Of a stretch of DNA of 64,000 nucleotides, positions 61,480 to 64,000 are shown piece after piece. Numbering within the stretch: position 1 is the first letter of the stretch; each line of letters starts with the position of its first letter. Location of the stretch: assembly GCA_017880775.1 (NCBI GenBank), contig JADGRQ010000005.1, positions 6,094 through 70,093 on the forward strand, read 5' to 3'. The notes beneath the pieces are model-generated. The model saw nothing but the letters and a program-made list of their open reading frames with translations. It ran no database searches and was not told where the DNA came from. The DNA comes from Burkholderiales bacterium. GTDB taxonomy: Bacteria > Pseudomonadota > Gammaproteobacteria > Burkholderiales > SG8-39. The position numbers and the translations under genes are program-made.

Positions 61480-63252
61480 ATGACCGCGCTCGACCCGATC
61501 ACCCTCGTCGTCATCCAGAGCGGCCTGCAGCAGGTCTGCAACGAGATGGACCTCGCCTTCTGCCGCGCTGCATTCAGCCCGGTCATCTCCGAAGCGCAGG
61601 ACCGCTCCGACGGCATCTATGCCGCAGCCGACGGCGCGCTGATCGCGCAGGGCGATCTCGGGCTGCCGGTGTTCGTCGGCACGATGCAGGATTCCAGCCG
61701 CGCGGTGATAGAGCGCGTGCGCGAGAACGGCTGGCAGCTCGAACCGGGCGACGTATTCATCGTCAACGATCCGTATCTCGGCGGCACGCACCTGATGGAC
61801 GTGCGCTTCGTGAAGCCCTTCTTCTACGGTGGAAGAGTTTTTGCGTGGCTTTCGAATACGGGCCACTGGCCGGATATCGGCGGCATGGTTCCGGGCGGTT
61901 TCTCCGCGCACGCGACCGAGGTCGAACAGGAAGGCCTGCGGCTGCCGCCGGTCAAGCTGTTCAAGAAGGGCGTGATGGACCAGGAGATCCTCTCGATCAT
62001 CCTTTCCAACATCCGTATCGCCGACCAGCGGATCGGCGACATCAAGGCGCAGGCCGCCGCGCTCGCCATCGGCGAGAAGCGCCTCGAAGCCCTGCTCGAG
62101 CGCTATGGCGCAGACACCGTCGAAGAAGCGATCCGCGAGTTGCGCCTGCGCGCAGCGCAACAGATGCGTGCCAAGATCGCGAACATCCCGCTGGGAACCT
62201 ACCATGGCCATTCGATGGTGGATTCCGATGGTGTGGTGGATGAGCCGCTGCACATCCGCCTCAAGGTGACGAAGACCGCGGATGACGATCTGCTGTTCGA
62301 TTTCGCCGGTTCATCGCCGCCCTGCCGCGGCCCGATGAACTCGGTGCTCGCGACCACGCGCAGCTCGGTGTACCTGGCGATGAAGCACGTCTTTCCGGAC
62401 GTGCCGATCAACGCCGGCACCTTCGAGCCGCTCAAGGTCACCGATCCGGAAGGTACGTTTCTGTACGCGAAGTATCCACGCCCGGTGTCGGGCTGTGCCG
62501 CGGAGGTCAGCCAGCGCATTGCGGAAGCCGTATTCGACGCTCTGGTGAAGGCGATCCCCGAGCTGTTGTTCGCGGCGCCGGCGGGATCCTCCGGCAATCT
62601 TGCCGTGGGCGGGTATGACCCGAAGCGCGACCGGTCCTACGTGATGTACGTGATTTCGGGAGGCGGCTACGGCGGCAACGCGACGGGCGACGGCATATCG
62701 AACGGCTGCTCGACCATCGGCATCTCCAAGACCACGCCGATCGAGGTGATGGAGCAGTATTACCCGGTGCTGTTCGAGGAATACTCGCTGCACGAAGGCT
62801 CCGGCGGCGCGGGCGAGGCGCGCGGCGGCTTCGGCGTGAACTACGCGATTCGCGTGCTCCGCGGCGACGCGCGCGCCTCGATGGTGATGGACCACGGGCG
62901 CAGCGGGCCGCTCGGCGCGCTCGGCGGGGATGACGGCGGCGTGAACACCGTCGCCATAGAGCGTCGCGGACAGACCTATCGGCCGCAGCACCTGTCGAAG
63001 GACCAGGACATCGAGCTCGCGCCGGGCGACGTGATCCGCATCTCGACGCCCGGCGGCGGCGGCTACGGAAATCCGTTCCGGCGCTCGCCCGACCGGGTCG
63101 CCTCTGACGTGGCCCGCGGCTATTACACCGCGGACGACGCCGAGCGCCTGTACGGCGTGCGGCTTGCGGCCGGCGGCTCGGTCGACTCCTCGGCAACCGC
63201 CCGGCTGCGCAACGAGCGCGCCGGAATCCGGCGCGCTAGCCGGACCGTATAA
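61480..63252 (+). CDS. hyuB: Hydantoinase B/oxoprolinase family protein (HyuB-like subunit)
   Basis: 590 aa. DPITLVVIQSGL N-terminus, NDPYLGGTHLMD and GGGGYGNP motifs. Confidence 0.87.
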   Translation: MTALDPITLVVIQSGLQQVCNEMDLAFCRAAFSPVISEAQDRSDGIYAAADGALIAQGDLGLPVFVGTMQDSSRAVIERVRENGWQLEPGDVFIVNDPYLGGTHLMDVRFVKPFFYGGRVFAWLSNTGHWPDIGGMVPGGFSAHATEVEQEGLRLPPVKLFKKGVMDQEILSIILSNIRIADQRIGDIKAQAAALAIGEKRLEALLERYGADTVEEAIRELRLRAAQQMRAKIANIPLGTYHGHSMVDSDGVVDEPLHIRLKVTKTADDDLLFDFAGSSPPCRGPMNSVLATTRSSVYLAMKHVFPDVPINAGTFEPLKVTDPEGTFLYAKYPRPVSGCAAEVSQRIAEAVFDALVKAIPELLFAAPAGSSGNLAVGGYDPKRDRSYVMYVISGGGYGGNATGDGISNGCSTIGISKTTPIEVMEQYYPVLFEEYSLHEGSGGAGEARGGFGVNYAIRVLRGDARASMVMDHGRSGPLGALGGDDGGVNTVAIERRGQTYRPQHLSKDQDIELAPGDVIRISTPGGGGYGNPFRRSPDRVASDVARGYYTADDAERLYGVRLAAGGSVDSSATARLRNERAGIRRASRTV

Positions 63253-63279
63253 CGGAACGTCACCGGCGCTCGGAGCCGC

Positions 63280-64000
63280 ATGAACGACCCCGCCGCCGAC
63301 AAGGATGCACCGCTGCGCGAGGACGTGCGGCTGCTCGGGAAGATCCTCGGCGATACCCTGCGCGAACGCGATGGCGATGCGACCTTCGATCTGGTCGAAT
63401 CGATCCGGCAGACCGCGATCCGTTTCCGGCGCGAGCACGACCCGCGCATCCGGCGCGACCTCGAGGCGACGCTCGACCGGCTCGATCCGTCCGCGGTGAC
63501 CACGGTGGTGCGCGCGTTCAGTTATTTTTCGCTGCTCGCCAACATCGCCGAGGACCAGCATCACAACCGGCGGCGCCGCGCCCACCAGGCCGGCGGCTCG
63601 CCGCCGCAGGATGGCTCGGTCGCGCTCGCGCTGCAGCGCGCCGCCGCGCACGGAGTGCCTCGCGACGAACTGACCGCGTTTTTCGGTCGCGCGCTGATCT
63701 CGCCGGTGCTCACCGCGCATCCCACCGAGGTGCAGAGGAAGAGCATCCTCGACGCGCAGATGTCGGTGGCGAGCCTGCTAAACGAGCGCAACCGCGTCGC
63801 GCTGAGCGGGGAAGAGCTTGCCGAAAACGAGGAGGCGCTGCGCCGCGTGATACTCACGCTCTGGCAAACGCGCATGCTGCGCGCGGTGCGCCTCACGGTC
63901 GCCGACGAGGTCGAGAACGCCCTTGCCTATTACCGCTATACCTTCCTGCGCGAATTGCCGCAGCTGCACGACGAGCTGGAAGACCGGCTGGGCGCAGGCA
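63280..64000 (+). CDS. ppc: Phosphoenolpyruvate carboxylase, N-terminal 240 codons (3' end outside the window)
   Basis: Absent from the ORF track (no stop within the window). ATG 63280 follows GGAG. Translation reads MNDPAADKDAPLREDVRLLGKILGDTLRE...FSLLANIAEDQHH...SPVLTAHPTEVQRKS, which includes the PEPC signature VLTAHPTE. Confidence 0.9.
   Translation, partial: MNDPAADKDAPLREDVRLLGKILGDTLRERDGDATFDLVESIRQTAIRFRREHDPRIRRDLEATLDRLDPSAVTTVVRAFSYFSLLANIAEDQHHNRRRRAHQAGGSPPQDGSVALALQRAAAHGVPRDELTAFFGRALISPVLTAHPTEVQRKSILDAQMSVASLLNERNRVALSGEELAENEEALRRVILTLWQTRMLRAVRLTVADEVENALAYYRYTFLRELPQLHDELEDRLGAG

Overview
High-GC (about two-thirds G+C by hand counts) chromosomal segment with betaproteobacterial gene order. 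About 60 protein genes, 3 tRNAs and no rRNA or CRISPR. Most of it is core housekeeping: galU', ligA-zipA-smc, queF-dapC-dapD-(pilU-like)-dapE-prmB, a tRNA-Pro/Arg/His operon divergent from dksA, and the complete rimP-nusA-infB-rbfA-truB-rpsO-pnp block. It continues with rluB-scpB-scpA-trpS, yciV-yciO, dadA, earP-efp and ppc'. The one clearly accessory region is 47.4-50.8 kb. It is a decayed chromosomal integron, visibly AT-richer than its flanks. It comprises an intI pseudogene (frameshift plus two internal deletions) and a consensus LexA box over a candidate PintI promoter. It also has an attI resembling the attI1 simple site and three attC-bounded cassettes: a HEPN-like Rx5H protein, a GNAT acetyltransferase and a PaaI thioesterase. 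A terminal DUF4160/DUF2442 toxin-antitoxin-like pair follows with no recognisable attC. Other loci worth a second look are listed here. (1) A Ser/Thr kinase fused to a cNMP-binding domain sits 7 nt upstream of earP-efp. (2) A translationally coupled four-gene molybdo-flavoenzyme module (FAD subunit, fused 2Fe-2S/Moco subunit, Cys-rich 482-aa protein, UPF0280). (3) An uncharacterised 1166-aa GltD-like/PyrK-like fusion flavoprotein. (4) A liv-type ABC transporter translationally coupled to hyuA, with hyuB displaced four genes downstream. (5) A CHAD ORF with no usable start codon before the adjacent tRNA-His. Many ORFs of 500-1100 aa in the track are antisense shadow ORFs typical of high-GC DNA and were rejected. 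All family calls rest on motif recognition and recalled sequences, because no database search was possible.
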